This document shows positions 31,030 through 40,547 of a stretch of DNA of 64,000 nt, one piece after another; positions within the stretch are counted from its first letter, which is position 1; every line of letters starts with the position of its first letter. The position numbers and the translations under genes are program-made. The stretch lies in NCBI GenBank assembly GCA_045604985.1, contig JAZUPD010000018.1, positions 57,793-121,792 on the forward strand. The letters are read 5' to 3'. The notes beneath the pieces are model-generated. The model did no database searches and was not told where the DNA came from. It was given only the letters and a program-made list of their open reading frames with translations. This DNA comes from Eubacteriales bacterium (GTDB lineage Bacteria; Bacillota; Clostridia; Oscillospirales; CAG-272).

Positions 31030-31265
31030 AAAATGCGGCTGAATCTTTTTGATTCATCCTCATTTTTTTAAAAGATTATTTGAGAGTCTCCTCCGATAGA
31101 GTAGGCTCATTTTTTACCATTCGCACATCCCAATAAATTTGGTATTATCAAGGTAAGAGAGGCTCTCTGAACTATGCCCCCGTTTTTGAGATGAATAATA
31201 AATTCAAATGTTGCCGTTTTCTCTATTTAATATGTAAATTTTGCTTTTAAAATTTTCCAAAGCTA

Positions 31266-31294
31266 TGGACAAATGAATTTTGATGTGGTATAAT
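31266..31294 (+). promoter_or_regulatory. Candidate promoter of the AraC gene (TGGACA-17-TGgTATAAT)
   Basis: TGGACA at 31266-31271, a 17-nt spacer ending in TGg (extended -10), and TATAAT at 31289-31294. Confidence 0.45.
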
Positions 31295-31396
31295 ATTCTT
31301 GATAACATTTGATCACGTTTGAATTTGTTGAATCGAAGATTTCTTGAGTCCTTATGTAAAATTTGCTTTATCAATGAAATGATTTGGGAGGTTGAA

Positions 31397-32257
31397 ATGT
31401 CCTGTATAAGAAGCGTAGAGCGCACGGCTGGAGCAAAAAAATATTCTGCCCATTGTCACGATAATGAGCATAGACTGATTTACGTCAGAAGAGGAAGAGG
31501 CAGGGTGCTGATTGGCTCAAAGGAATGGCTTATAGACCGTCCATCGGTAGTCTTTATCAGTAATCTTGAAAAGCATGATGTTTTTCCCGAGAGCGAGAGT
31601 TATGACGGATATTCTGTGGGGATATTTCCCTCTGAGGCGATGATAAAGATAAATTCGGATAAGCTTCTCTCGTCATTCTGCGACAGACCAACAGGCTTTT
31701 CCAACGTTTTCGTGGTAACGCATCTTGCGGGTGAGCTGAATATTCTCTTTGATGCACTTTATAAAGAGTATAATGAGCCACATAAGGATGTTGAAGATGG
31801 ATGCGACTCGATACTGAGAGTGATTCTTATGACTCTTTTGCGCAGTATCCCGAATGCCTTTCCATATGAAAATACTGAGAAGAGAGCGGTCGTTCAGGCT
31901 ATCAGGCGGAAGCTTGAGGGGAGTCTCAAGGAAGAGCTTTCGCTTGATGATATATCGGCGGAATTTCATATTAGTACATACTATCTCTCTCATATTTTCA
32001 AGGATATTACGGGATACAGCGTTAAAAATTATCGCCTCATTTTCCGTCTTGCAAACGCAAGAGAGCTGCTTGTTTCCTCGGAATATACGATAAATGAAAT
32101 TTGCAGCATGACGGGATTCCCTGATATGAGCAATTTTTCCCGCAGATTTAAATTTGAATACGGTGTCACTCCCACTGAATACAGAAAAAATATGGGCAGA
32201 ATATTCAGTCAACCCAAAAAGGAAAGAAAGACACAAATCGGAATTGAATTACTATAA
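31397..32257 (+). CDS. AraC-family transcriptional regulator (cupin sensor domain plus HTH_18)
   Basis: Start moved to the ATG at 31397, which follows GGGAGG. The C-terminal double HTH includes ISAEFHISTYYLSHIFK and ICSMTGFPDMSNFSRRFK. Confidence 0.85.
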   Translation: MSCIRSVERTAGAKKYSAHCHDNEHRLIYVRRGRGRVLIGSKEWLIDRPSVVFISNLEKHDVFPESESYDGYSVGIFPSEAMIKINSDKLLSSFCDRPTGFSNVFVVTHLAGELNILFDALYKEYNEPHKDVEDGCDSILRVILMTLLRSIPNAFPYENTEKRAVVQAIRRKLEGSLKEELSLDDISAEFHISTYYLSHIFKDITGYSVKNYRLIFRLANARELLVSSEYTINEICSMTGFPDMSNFSRRFKFEYGVTPTEYRKNMGRIFSQPKKERKTQIGIELL

Positions 32258-32381
32258 AAAATAACTCACAGAAGAGCTTTCAAGCATAATGCTTTTTCGT
32301 TTGTCTTATAGTTCGCTAAATATCTGTTTAAGCAGTGCGAGCGGTCGGTCAAAATAGATTTAAAAGTTAAGTAAGGCCGTT

Positions 32382-33098
32382 TTATTCGTTTGCTGTTTCC
32401 GTTTCTTCCTTTTCCGAAGAAGAAACGAGTTTTCGCAAAGCATCCATTCTTGAGTCAAGCTCTGCGCTGAGCGAGGCACAATATATAAGCTCCTTTGCCA
32501 TCTTCTCGGTAAATTCGAAGTCCTTTTTATAATGAAGTTGATGCTCCAGGCTCGCCCAAACATCCATTGCGATGGTGCGGAGCTGTATCTCAACCTTCAT
32601 ACTTCTTTTTTCATGAGCGAGAAAAATAGGCACTTTGACTATTAGATGCAGACTTCTGTATCCGTTTTTCTTTGGTTTTTTGATATAGTCCTTTTTCTCT
32701 ATGAGAGTCACGTCATCCTGACTGAGAAGTGCATCTGCAAGGGTATAGACGTCCCTTGGGAAGGAGCAAACCACTCTTACCCCCGCCACGTCGGAGAGGT
32801 TTTCCTCGATAGATTCGGGAGTGAGGGCAAGACCTCGCCTTTCTATTTTTTCTTTGATGCTCAGAGGGCTTTTGAGACGGGATTTTATATCGTTTATGGG
32901 ATTTCTGTCGTGTGTGAGCGAAAATTCCTCGTTCAGAACATTGAGTTTTGTTTCGACTTCCATCATGGCGCATCGGTAATATGCCATCAGCTTATTATAG
33001 CGTTCTACCCAATCTTTCGATTTTTTAATAAAGCTCTCGCTGAAAAGATCTTCAATCTTTCCGCTTTCCAAAGCGGAAATTATATCATTATTCTCCAC
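32382..33098 (-). CDS. Small alarmone synthetase (RelQ/RelP-type GTP pyrophosphokinase)
   Basis: 238 aa RelA_SpoT synthetase domain: DVAGVRVVCSF, NGYRSLHLIVKVP, EIQLRTIAMDVWASLEHQLHYK. No hydrolase domain. Confidence 0.85.
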   Translation of the reverse strand: MENNDIISALESGKIEDLFSESFIKKSKDWVERYNKLMAYYRCAMMEVETKLNVLNEEFSLTHDRNPINDIKSRLKSPLSIKEKIERRGLALTPESIEENLSDVAGVRVVCSFPRDVYTLADALLSQDDVTLIEKKDYIKKPKKNGYRSLHLIVKVPIFLAHEKRSMKVEIQLRTIAMDVWASLEHQLHYKKDFEFTEKMAKELIYCASLSAELDSRMDALRKLVSSSEKEETETANE

Positions 33099-33417
33099 GT
33101 CTCTCCGTCCTTTCTATGTTTTTTTCACTTTTGATTTTACCACGAAAATCAAAATTATTCTACATTTATTTGTAAACAATGTTTTGGTTTTTTGTCCTCT
33201 GCGACACCATACGAAAGATGGTTTGCCGATCTGTTTTGCTTCCGTCTTTTTTTAAATGCTGTTTTTTGTTTAGTATTCATCGTTTTTAGTCAAAAAGATA
33301 TAATATTTCTAAAAAAAAGAGGGTTTTTTGCCTGATTTTAGGTAAAAATGTGATTTTTATGTGCATTGTGCCTAAAAAAGAGGCTTTTCAGAAGGGGTTA
33401 ATCTGCAAAAATCGGGC

Positions 33418-33446
33418 TTGACAATTCGGGGAAAATGAGTTAAAAT
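33418..33446 (+). promoter_or_regulatory. Sigma-70-type promoter of the BMP ABC-transporter operon (TTGACA-17-TAAAAT)
   Basis: TTGACA at 33418-33423, a 17-nt spacer, and TAAAAT at 33441-33446. This leaves a ~90-nt AT-rich leader. Confidence 0.5.
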
Positions 33447-33544
33447 ATCTTCGTATTCTTATTATTATATTCCCTTTAAAATAAGTGATGTTTTTACTCG
33501 GCAAAAAGCCGTGTGAAATAAAAAATTTTTGGAGGAAAAATACC

Positions 33545-34819
33545 ATGAAGAAACTTTTATCCATCGTTCTTGCTCTCATCATGCTCGTTTCCTGCTTTGC
33601 TCTTGCAGCTTGCGGCGGTGCTGAAGATGATGCGAAGGACACAGATGCGGCTGATACAGGCGCAGCTGACACAAACGGCGAGGTTGCCGCTAATGCTGAC
33701 TTTAAGCTTGGCGTTATTCTTCTCCACGACGAGTTCTCTACCTACGACCTTAACTTTATGAACGGCGTAGAAGAGGCTAAGGCGGCTCTCGGTCTTACAG
33801 ACGAGCAGGTTATCATGAAGAAGAACATCCCCGAGTCCGACGCTTGCTACGAAGCTGCTTGTGACCTCGTTGACGAGGGTTGTGACGTTATTTTTGCTGA
33901 CTCCTTTGGTCATGAAACATATATGATCAAGGCAGCAAAGGAATTCACAGATGTTCAGTTCTGCCATGCAACAGGTACGATGGCTCATACAGAGGGTCTT
34001 GCTAACTATCACAATGCATTTGCTTCTATCTACGAGGGCAGATTCCTTGCAGGCGTTGCTGCAGGTCTCAAGCTCAACGAGATCATCGAAGCAGGTAACC
34101 TTAAGGGCGAAGTTCCGAAGATGGGTTACGTTGGCGCATTCACATATGCAGAGGTTATGTCCGGCTACACATCCTTCTACCTTGGCGCAAAGTCTGTTTG
34201 CCCCGATGTAGTTATGGACGTTCAGTTCACAGGCTCTTGGTATGATGAAAATGCAGAGAAGACAGCAGCTCAGGCTCTTATCGCAAACGGCTGCGACCTT
34301 ATCTCTCAGCATGCAGACTCTATGGGTGCTCCCACAGCTTGTGAGGAAGCAAACATCCCCAACGTTTCCTATAACGGAAGCACAGTTGAGGATTGCCCCA
34401 ACACGTTTATCGTAGCTTCCAGAATCAACTAGGCTCCTTACTTTGAGCTTATCTGCAAGAACACAATGGCAGGTGAGGCTATTCCTACCGACTACACAGG
34501 TACTATCGCTACAGGCTCCGTTGTTCTTACAGATGTAAACACACAGGCTGCAGCAGCAGGCACAGTAGAGAAGCTCGAAGAGGTTAAGGCAGGTCTTCTT
34601 GACGGTTCTATCAAGGTATTCGACACAGCTGCTGATAACTTCATCACAGTTGGCGGTGCAAAGCTCGATTCCTACATGGCAGACGTTGATACAGACGCAG
34701 CTTATGAAAAGGATACAGAGGTTGTTTCCGACGGTTACTTCCATGAGTCCGAATTCAGAAGTGCTCCTTACTTCGACGTTCAGATCGACGGTATCACACT
34801 TCTTAACAGCGCATACTAA
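33545..34819 (+). pseudogene. BMP-family (PnrA/Med-like) ABC transporter substrate-binding lipoprotein, interrupted by a single in-frame TAG at 34430-34432
   Basis: Lipobox LVSCFALAAC-GG follows the ATG at 33545 (RBS GGAGGA). ORFs 33485-34432 and 34466-34819 are in the same frame. The 33 nt between them (APYFELICKNT) are open and continue the BMP-like sequence. Without the TAG the product would be 424 aa. Confidence 0.8.
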
Positions 34820-34838
34820 TATCCGAATATCAAACGGA

Positions 34839-34868
34839 GTGGCGGAGCAAACGCTCCGCCACATTTTG
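34839..34868 (+). terminator. Intra-operon hairpin (partial terminator/attenuator) between the binding-protein and ATPase genes
   Basis: GTGGCGGAGC-aaac-GCTCCGCCAC (10-bp stem) followed by ATTTTG. The arrangement is common for over-expressing the binding protein relative to the membrane components. Confidence 0.55.
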
Positions 34869-34910
34869 ATAAATTGATAAAGGCATCTCAAAAAATTACG
34901 GAGGTACAGC

Positions 34911-36482
34911 GTGGAAAACTCTGTTGCACTTGAGCTTCGAGGCGTTACAAAGACCTTTGGAAAGGTCATAGCCAATAATAATGTTGATCTGACTGTTTAT
35001 AAGGGGGAGATTCTTTCTATCCTCGGCGAAAACGGTTGCGGAAAAACGACTCTTATGAATATGATATCGGGTATCTACTTCCCCGATAAGGGCCAGATAT
35101 TCGTTGACGGACGAGAGGTCGTCATTCGTTCGCCAAAGGATGCTTTTGGCTATAAGATAGGTATGATACATCAGCATTTCAAGCTTGTTGATGTTTTTTC
35201 GGCAAGCGAAAATATCGTGCTTGGAATTGATGACGGCAAAAGATACAATATTAAGGATGTAAATAACCGTGTGCTTGAAATTTGCGAGCGTTACGGATTC
35301 AATATAGACCCCAAAAAGAAGATTTATGAGATGTCGGTTTCGGAAAAGCAGACCGTTGAGATAATCAAGGTCCTTTACCGAGGAGCGGATATCCTTATTT
35401 TGGACGAGCCTACTGCCGTCCTTACGCCTCAAGAAACGGAAAAGCTCTTTGATGTGCTTCGCCGAATGCGTGATGACGGAAAGGCTATTATGATAATCAC
35501 TCACAAGCTCCACGAGGTGCTTTCGGTTTCGGACAGAGTTGCAGTCCTTCGCCGCGGCGAGCATATTGCAACGGTTGAAACTGCTACCGCTACCGAGAGT
35601 ATGCTTACAGAGATGATGGTCGGCAAAAAAATAACTCTTAATATCGACAGACTAGATCCCGTTTCTCCCACGGAGCGACTTGCTCTTGAGGGCATAAACT
35701 GCACAAGTCACGAGGGAATCAAGCTTCTTGATAATGTTTCCTTTACCGCAAATTCGGGCGAAATTCTCGGTATTGCGGGCATTGCGGGAAGCGGGCAGAG
35801 AGAGCTTCTTGAAGCCATTGCGGGGCTTCAGCACCTTGACAGCGGTACAATAACATATAAAGACCCCAAAACAGGTGCGGATGTTAATCTCCGCGATAAA
35901 ACACCCATTCAGATAAGAGACCTTGGTGTCAGACTCTCATTTGTCCCCGAAGACAGACTCGGAATGGGACTTGTAGGAAACATGGATATCATAGACAACA
36001 TGATGCTCCGCAGCTATAAGAAGGGTACTTCCATGTTCCTTGATAGAAAAGCTCCCAAGAATCTGGCAAAGGAGATAATTCAGAGCCTTGAAATTGCAAC
36101 TCCCGGTGCAACCACTCCGGTTCGCCGTCTTTCGGGAGGTAATGTTCAGAAAGTTCTTGTGGGACGAGAGATATCCTCCGCACCGTCGGTGCTTATGGCG
36201 GCATACCCCGTTAGAGGACTTGATATAGGCTCTTCCTATACTATTTATAATCTTCTCAATGACCAGAAGGCAAGAGGAGTTGCTGTTATTTTCGTTGGTG
36301 AGGACCTTGACGTTTTGGTTGAGCTTTGCGATAGGATCATCGTGCTGGCATCGGGTAAGATAACGGGTATCGTTGATGCAAGAAAGACCACGAAGGAAGA
36401 GATCGGCTTGCTTATGACAAAGAGCACCTCGATTTATGAGGATGCAGAAAAATGCGAAAAGGAGGAAACGGATAATGGCTAA
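34911..36482 (+). CDS. ABC transporter ATP-binding protein with duplicated NBDs (sugar/nucleoside uptake type)
   Basis: 523 aa, GTG start after GGAGGT. First Walker A GENGCGKTT, signature VSEKQTVEI, Walker B ILILDEPT. The second NBD has a degenerate P-loop GIAGSGQRE and LSGGNVQK. Confidence 0.9.
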   Translation: MENSVALELRGVTKTFGKVIANNNVDLTVYKGEILSILGENGCGKTTLMNMISGIYFPDKGQIFVDGREVVIRSPKDAFGYKIGMIHQHFKLVDVFSASENIVLGIDDGKRYNIKDVNNRVLEICERYGFNIDPKKKIYEMSVSEKQTVEIIKVLYRGADILILDEPTAVLTPQETEKLFDVLRRMRDDGKAIMIITHKLHEVLSVSDRVAVLRRGEHIATVETATATESMLTEMMVGKKITLNIDRLDPVSPTERLALEGINCTSHEGIKLLDNVSFTANSGEILGIAGIAGSGQRELLEAIAGLQHLDSGTITYKDPKTGADVNLRDKTPIQIRDLGVRLSFVPEDRLGMGLVGNMDIIDNMMLRSYKKGTSMFLDRKAPKNLAKEIIQSLEIATPGATTPVRRLSGGNVQKVLVGREISSAPSVLMAAYPVRGLDIGSSYTIYNLLNDQKARGVAVIFVGEDLDVLVELCDRIIVLASGKITGIVDARKTTKEEIGLLMTKSTSIYEDAEKCEKEETDNG

Positions 36483-37560
36483 TGTAAAAAAGCACGAGCC
36501 TCTTTTTCACATCGTTAAAAGAGACAGAATGCCTCTCTGGCAGTCGCTTCTTGTAAGATTTGGAGCAATAGCCCTCGGGCTTCTTTTCTGCGGACTTCTT
36601 TGTAATATAATTCTAGACGTTAGGCCTATGGAGCTTTACAAAACTCTTTATGACGGTGTTTTCGGAACTGAAAGAAGAATCTGGAAGATGGCAAAGGACT
36701 TGGCTGTTCTTCTCTGTATCTCCCTTGCCGTTACACCTGCTTTCAAGATGAAATTTTGGAATATAGGCGCAGAGGGACAGGTTCTTATGAGCTGTCTTGC
36801 TTCTGTTGCCTGCACCATCTATTTCGGCGGCAAGATGCCAAATTGGGCACTCCTTGTCTGCATGGCGGCAGCTGCAATTCTTGCAGGTATGGTCTGGGCT
36901 GTTATCCCCGCTATCTTCAAGGCAAAATGGGATACGAACGAGACGCTTTTTACCCTTATGATGAACTATGTTGCAACTCAGCTTGTTGCATATTTCCTTA
37001 TAGTTTGGGTACCCTCGGGCTCAAGCTCCCTTGGTGAGCAAGCGTTCGGACATATGCCCATCGTTTATCACCGCTATTTTATCCTTATAGCAGTGGTTGC
37101 GGTGCTTACCGTGTTCATGTATATCTATCTTAATTATTTTAAACAGGGATACGAGATATCGGTGGTGGGTGAGAGTCAAAAGACAGCCTGCTATATCGGT
37201 ATAAACGTAAAGACGGTAATTATTCGTACACTTATCGTTTCGGGTGTTCTTTGCGGAATTGCAGGCTTCCTTATCGTCAGTGCGCTTGACCATTCGGTAA
37301 CGACAGACGCCGTAGGCGGCAGAGGATTTACGGCGATAATGGTTTCGTGGCTTGCAAAATTTAATCCCCTTATCATGGTCGCTACCTCGTTCCTTATCGT
37401 TTTTCTCCAGCAGGGCGTTTATGAATTTGCAAATGACTATGGAATAAGTACCGCATTTCAGAATATCATTGTCGGTATAATTCTTTTCTTCGTGATCGGT
37501 TGCGAATTTTTCATCAATTATAAAATAATGTTCAGAGGTAAGGGGGTAGCTAAAAAATGA
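36475..37560 (+). CDS. ABC transporter permease (BMP/nucleoside family)
   Basis: Polytopic membrane protein. Start moved to the ATG at 36475 (MANVKKHEP), which follows AAGGAGGA and overlaps the upstream stop by 8 nt. Confidence 0.85.
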   Translation: MANVKKHEPLFHIVKRDRMPLWQSLLVRFGAIALGLLFCGLLCNIILDVRPMELYKTLYDGVFGTERRIWKMAKDLAVLLCISLAVTPAFKMKFWNIGAEGQVLMSCLASVACTIYFGGKMPNWALLVCMAAAAILAGMVWAVIPAIFKAKWDTNETLFTLMMNYVATQLVAYFLIVWVPSGSSSLGEQAFGHMPIVYHRYFILIAVVAVLTVFMYIYLNYFKQGYEISVVGESQKTACYIGINVKTVIIRTLIVSGVLCGIAGFLIVSALDHSVTTDAVGGRGFTAIMVSWLAKFNPLIMVATSFLIVFLQQGVYEFANDYGISTAFQNIIVGIILFFVIGCEFFINYKIMFRGKGVAKK

Positions 37561-38519
37561 TAATAGATTATATCCTCAATGCTATCGCCATTGGTATGAC
37601 ATTTCTTTATGGTTCAACAGGCGAGATAATCACCGAAAAAGCCGGACACCTTAATCTTGGAATACCGGGAGTTATGTGCGTAGGTGCGGCGGGCGGCTGT
37701 GCAGCTCTCCACTATATGATAGTGGGCGGCATCACAAACGGATTTTTGCTCGTTTCTGTGGGAATACTTGCATCTTTCATCGCCGCTTTCCTCATGGGCG
37801 TGATTTTCAGCTTCCTTGCGGTAACGCTCCATGCAAACCAGAATGTTACGGGTCTTGCAATGACAACCTTCGGCGTGGGTCTTATGAAGTATATCATGTT
37901 CGGACTGAAGCAGGGAAATTCGATTCCTTATCTTAAGGCGCTTTCGGCATTCAGATTCCCCTTTGCTTCTCAGACAAACGGTCTCAAATACTGCGGAGTT
38001 ATGGTTTTCCTCGCACTTATCGTTGCTCTTCTATCTTCCTTCGTACTCTTTAAGACAAAGGTAGGTCTGCACCTTCGTGCGGTGGGCGAAAATCCTGCAA
38101 CAGCGGATGCGGCGGGCATCAATGTAACTCTTTATAAGTATCTTGCAACAAGCATCGGTTGCGGAATTTCGGGACTTGGCGGTCTTTGCTATATCATGGA
38201 TTATGCAGGCTCCCGCGAAAGTTACCTCAGCATCGAGGCTCTTGGTTGGCTTGCGGTTGCGCTTGTTATTTTTGCTCTTTGGAGACCTCACCTCAGTATT
38301 TTTGGTTCTGTTATCTTCGGAGCACTTTTCATTGCGGGGCAGTTTATCCCGATCCTTATTCCACTTAAATTTTTGCAGACCATGACGGCGGCTCCTCTTC
38401 TCAAAATGCTGCCTTATGTGGTAACTATTATAGTCCTTACCGTAACGAGTATTCGTGATAAAAAGGAGAATCATCCTCCTCAGGGACTTGGACTTAATTA
38501 TTATCGAGAAGAAAGATAA
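37557..38519 (+). CDS. ABC transporter permease (BMP/nucleoside family, second subunit)
   Basis: 320 aa polytopic protein with an ATGA stop/start overlap with the upstream permease. Confidence 0.85.
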   Translation: MIIDYILNAIAIGMTFLYGSTGEIITEKAGHLNLGIPGVMCVGAAGGCAALHYMIVGGITNGFLLVSVGILASFIAAFLMGVIFSFLAVTLHANQNVTGLAMTTFGVGLMKYIMFGLKQGNSIPYLKALSAFRFPFASQTNGLKYCGVMVFLALIVALLSSFVLFKTKVGLHLRAVGENPATADAAGINVTLYKYLATSIGCGISGLGGLCYIMDYAGSRESYLSIEALGWLAVALVIFALWRPHLSIFGSVIFGALFIAGQFIPILIPLKFLQTMTAAPLLKMLPYVVTIIVLTVTSIRDKKENHPPQGLGLNYYREER

Positions 38520-38520
38520 A

Positions 38521-38566
38521 ATACAGAGGCTGAGCCAAAATTTCGGCTCAGCCTCTGTATTTTTCG
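38521..38566 (+). terminator. Rho-independent terminator of the ABC operon
   Basis: ATACAGAGGCTGAGCC-aaaatttc-GGCTCAGCCTCTGTAT (16-bp perfect stem) followed by TTTTT. Confidence 0.85.
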
Positions 38567-38611
38567 GTGTTTGCAGAATTTTAAATTTCCGATTGAAAGA
38601 GAAAGGCTGAG

Positions 38612-39391
38612 TCAGGATAGAGAATCAGCCTCTTTATCATCCGAATAAGCATCAATTCCTGAAAGGCGTTGGACGGGCTTGAAACCGTCTATCTCTCCGC
38701 GTTGCATTGCACCGAATATGCGGTAACGAAGCCCTTTATGCTTTCTGTCAAGGTCAAGGAGCAGCTTTTTCATCTCCTCGCGTTCGGTTTTTCCGTCTGC
38801 GGGACAGCTTGATCTAACAACCGGAAGTTCATTTTGTGCGGCAAAGTATCTTACATCCTTTTCCGGCATATACACCATGGGGCGAATCAGATTGAGTTCT
38901 ATCCTTGAAAGATAGGAAACGGGCGAAAAGCACCCTAGTCTGCCCTCAAAGAAAAGATTGAGCATAAAAGTTTCAACGGCATCGTCAAAATGATGCCCCA
39001 GTGCCACAGATGTACATCCAAGCTCTTTTGCTGCATTGTGCAGTGCTCCTCGGCGCATTTTTGCACAGAGAGAACAGGGGCTTTTTTCTTTGCGAACATC
39101 AAAAATTATTTTAGCTATCTGAGAGGGGACGATATGGTATTCCACATTAAGGCGACGGCAAAGTTTTTCGATCTCTGAAAAATCAGTACCCTCAAAGCCC
39201 ATATCAATCGTTATTGCAATAAGCTCAAATTTTATTGGGTAAAAACGGCGCAGAGCCGCCATTGCACAGAGAAGAGTCAGCGAATCCTTGCCCGCCGAGA
39301 CACCAACGGCGATTTTGTCGCCTTCTTTTATCATTTGGTAGTCGTCAACGGCTCGCCGAACATAGCTTAAAAGTCTTTTTGTATCCTTCAT
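38612..39391 (-). CDS. ttcA: TtcA-family PP-loop ATPase (tRNA 2-thiocytidine synthetase-like)
   Basis: PP-loop VGVSAGKDSLTL. Cys motifs CSLCAKMRRG and SSCPADG are typical of the Fe-S dependent TtcA family. Confidence 0.8.
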   Translation of the reverse strand: MKDTKRLLSYVRRAVDDYQMIKEGDKIAVGVSAGKDSLTLLCAMAALRRFYPIKFELIAITIDMGFEGTDFSEIEKLCRRLNVEYHIVPSQIAKIIFDVRKEKSPCSLCAKMRRGALHNAAKELGCTSVALGHHFDDAVETFMLNLFFEGRLGCFSPVSYLSRIELNLIRPMVYMPEKDVRYFAAQNELPVVRSSCPADGKTEREEMKKLLLDLDRKHKGLRYRIFGAMQRGEIDGFKPVQRLSGIDAYSDDKEADSLS

Positions 39392-40173
39392 AATTCCCCT
39401 TCAAAAGCTTCAAAAGAGCAGTTTTTATATATGTTTTTTGCATCCTCGCTTTCGGTTCGGTGACCTGTTTTATCTCCGTCACAAAGATGCAGGAAAAGTG
39501 GTTTTGTTAGATTAAGTCCCGTTTTTCCGCCTTTCTTTGCTTCTACAAGCATCATAGATGGTGCGGTGACCTCATCGGCACATACAAAGGTCATTCTCTT
39601 TGGCTCTAATTTGTGTTTTCTCATTGCCGCCAGAAGATCCGTCATTCTGTCGGGACGGTAGACGCAATAGAATAAGCCACCGAATTTCAGAATTCTTGAT
39701 GCAGCGGCACAGAAATCCTCAATATCTCCGCAGACCTCGTGTCTTGCAATGAATTTTTCATCATGCTCGTTCCTTTTTCCCGAATCCATACGCATATAGG
39801 GAGGGTTTGAAAAAACGATGTCAAATTCTCCGCCCAAGGTCTCTGCCCTAAGGTCACGCACATCGGCACAAATAGTTTTTATTACGCTATCCAGCCTGTT
39901 AATAGCCGAATTTCGACGGCAAAGCAGAGCGAAATCCTCTTGAACTTCTGCAATATATATTTTTTTGAACTTGCCTTTTGAAGCGCAAAGTAGGGAAATT
40001 ATTCCCGTGCCGCCTCCAAGCTCAAATGCTCTTGCATTTTTTGCGGTACGCATAAAAGCGGCGAGCAGATACGCATCGGTTCCAAAGGTGAGTCCATCTT
40101 TTTTCTGAATAAGGCGAATATTCTCATTGACCGTATCCAGCCTTTCGCCTTCAAATAAAATGTTATCGGTCAT
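39388..40173 (-). CDS. tRNA1(Val) (adenine37-N6)-methyltransferase (YfiC/YabB/TrmN6 family)
   Basis: SAM-binding ELGGGTGIISL and catalytic FSNPPYM (NPPY) motifs. ATGA overlap with ttcA. Confidence 0.8.
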   Translation of the reverse strand: MTDNILFEGERLDTVNENIRLIQKKDGLTFGTDAYLLAAFMRTAKNARAFELGGGTGIISLLCASKGKFKKIYIAEVQEDFALLCRRNSAINRLDSVIKTICADVRDLRAETLGGEFDIVFSNPPYMRMDSGKRNEHDEKFIARHEVCGDIEDFCAAASRILKFGGLFYCVYRPDRMTDLLAAMRKHKLEPKRMTFVCADEVTAPSMMLVEAKKGGKTGLNLTKPLFLHLCDGDKTGHRTESEDAKNIYKNCSFEAFEGEL

Positions 40174-40239
40174 TTTAACTCCTCTTTGCAGAAAGAAGCA
40201 GGCGAAAAGCCTGCTCCATCTGTATAATTATGTACCGAA

Positions 40240-40413
40240 TTATGCTTCTTCGATAGCTTCAGCAGGGCAGCTGCCGGCGCAAGCACCGCAGCTGATGCAA
40301 GTATCAGCATCTATAACGAACTTGCCGTCATTCTCGGAAATAGCCTCTACGGGGCAAGCGCCAGCGCAAGCACCGCAACCGAGACACTTATCAGCATCAA
40401 TCTTGAAAGCCAT
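40240..40413 (-). CDS. fdx: 2x[4Fe-4S] clostridial-type ferredoxin (57 aa), absent from the ORF track
   Basis: Manual minus-strand translation gives MAFKIDADKCLGCGACAGACPVEAISENDGKFVIDADTCISCGACAGSCPAEAIEEA. It has two CxxCxxCxxxCP motifs, RBS GGAGGTG and a TAA stop. The 116-aa + strand ORF 40127-40477 is its antisense shadow. Confidence 0.9.
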   Translation of the reverse strand: MAFKIDADKCLGCGACAGACPVEAISENDGKFVIDADTCISCGACAGSCPAEAIEEA

Positions 40414-40547
40414 GTTATTACACCTCCGTATTCAGTATACTAATATTTTATCACATTTATCGCAAAAATCAATATGATTTTCGAAAAAAATTGATACAAA
40501 ATAGGATTTTCTATCGGAAAAACGCAAAAAATATGGTTTTTTAGGAA

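Noticed and set aside
33099-33544. Purine/nucleoside riboswitch upstream of the BMP ABC operon, and a SAM riboswitch upstream of luxS (43020-43174)
   Set aside because: The leaders downstream of the predicted promoters are short (~90 nt and ~30 nt) and AT-rich. They lack the conserved purine or SAM riboswitch cores and have no terminator/antiterminator pair.
33557-34975. Very long (472 aa) minus-strand ORF, the fourth-largest 'protein' in this part of the track
   Set aside because: It lies exactly antisense to the BMP lipoprotein gene and the start of the ABC ATPase gene. Its product is Cys/Val/Leu-rich and low in complexity, with no RBS or motif. The plus-strand genes are clearly real. It is a shadow ORF that stays open because of codon bias on the coding strand.
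40127-40477. 116-aa plus-strand ORF with the repeated QAPAQAPQ motif
   Set aside because: It is the antisense translation of the CxxCxxCxxxCP repeats of the ferredoxin gene on the minus strand. It has no RBS.
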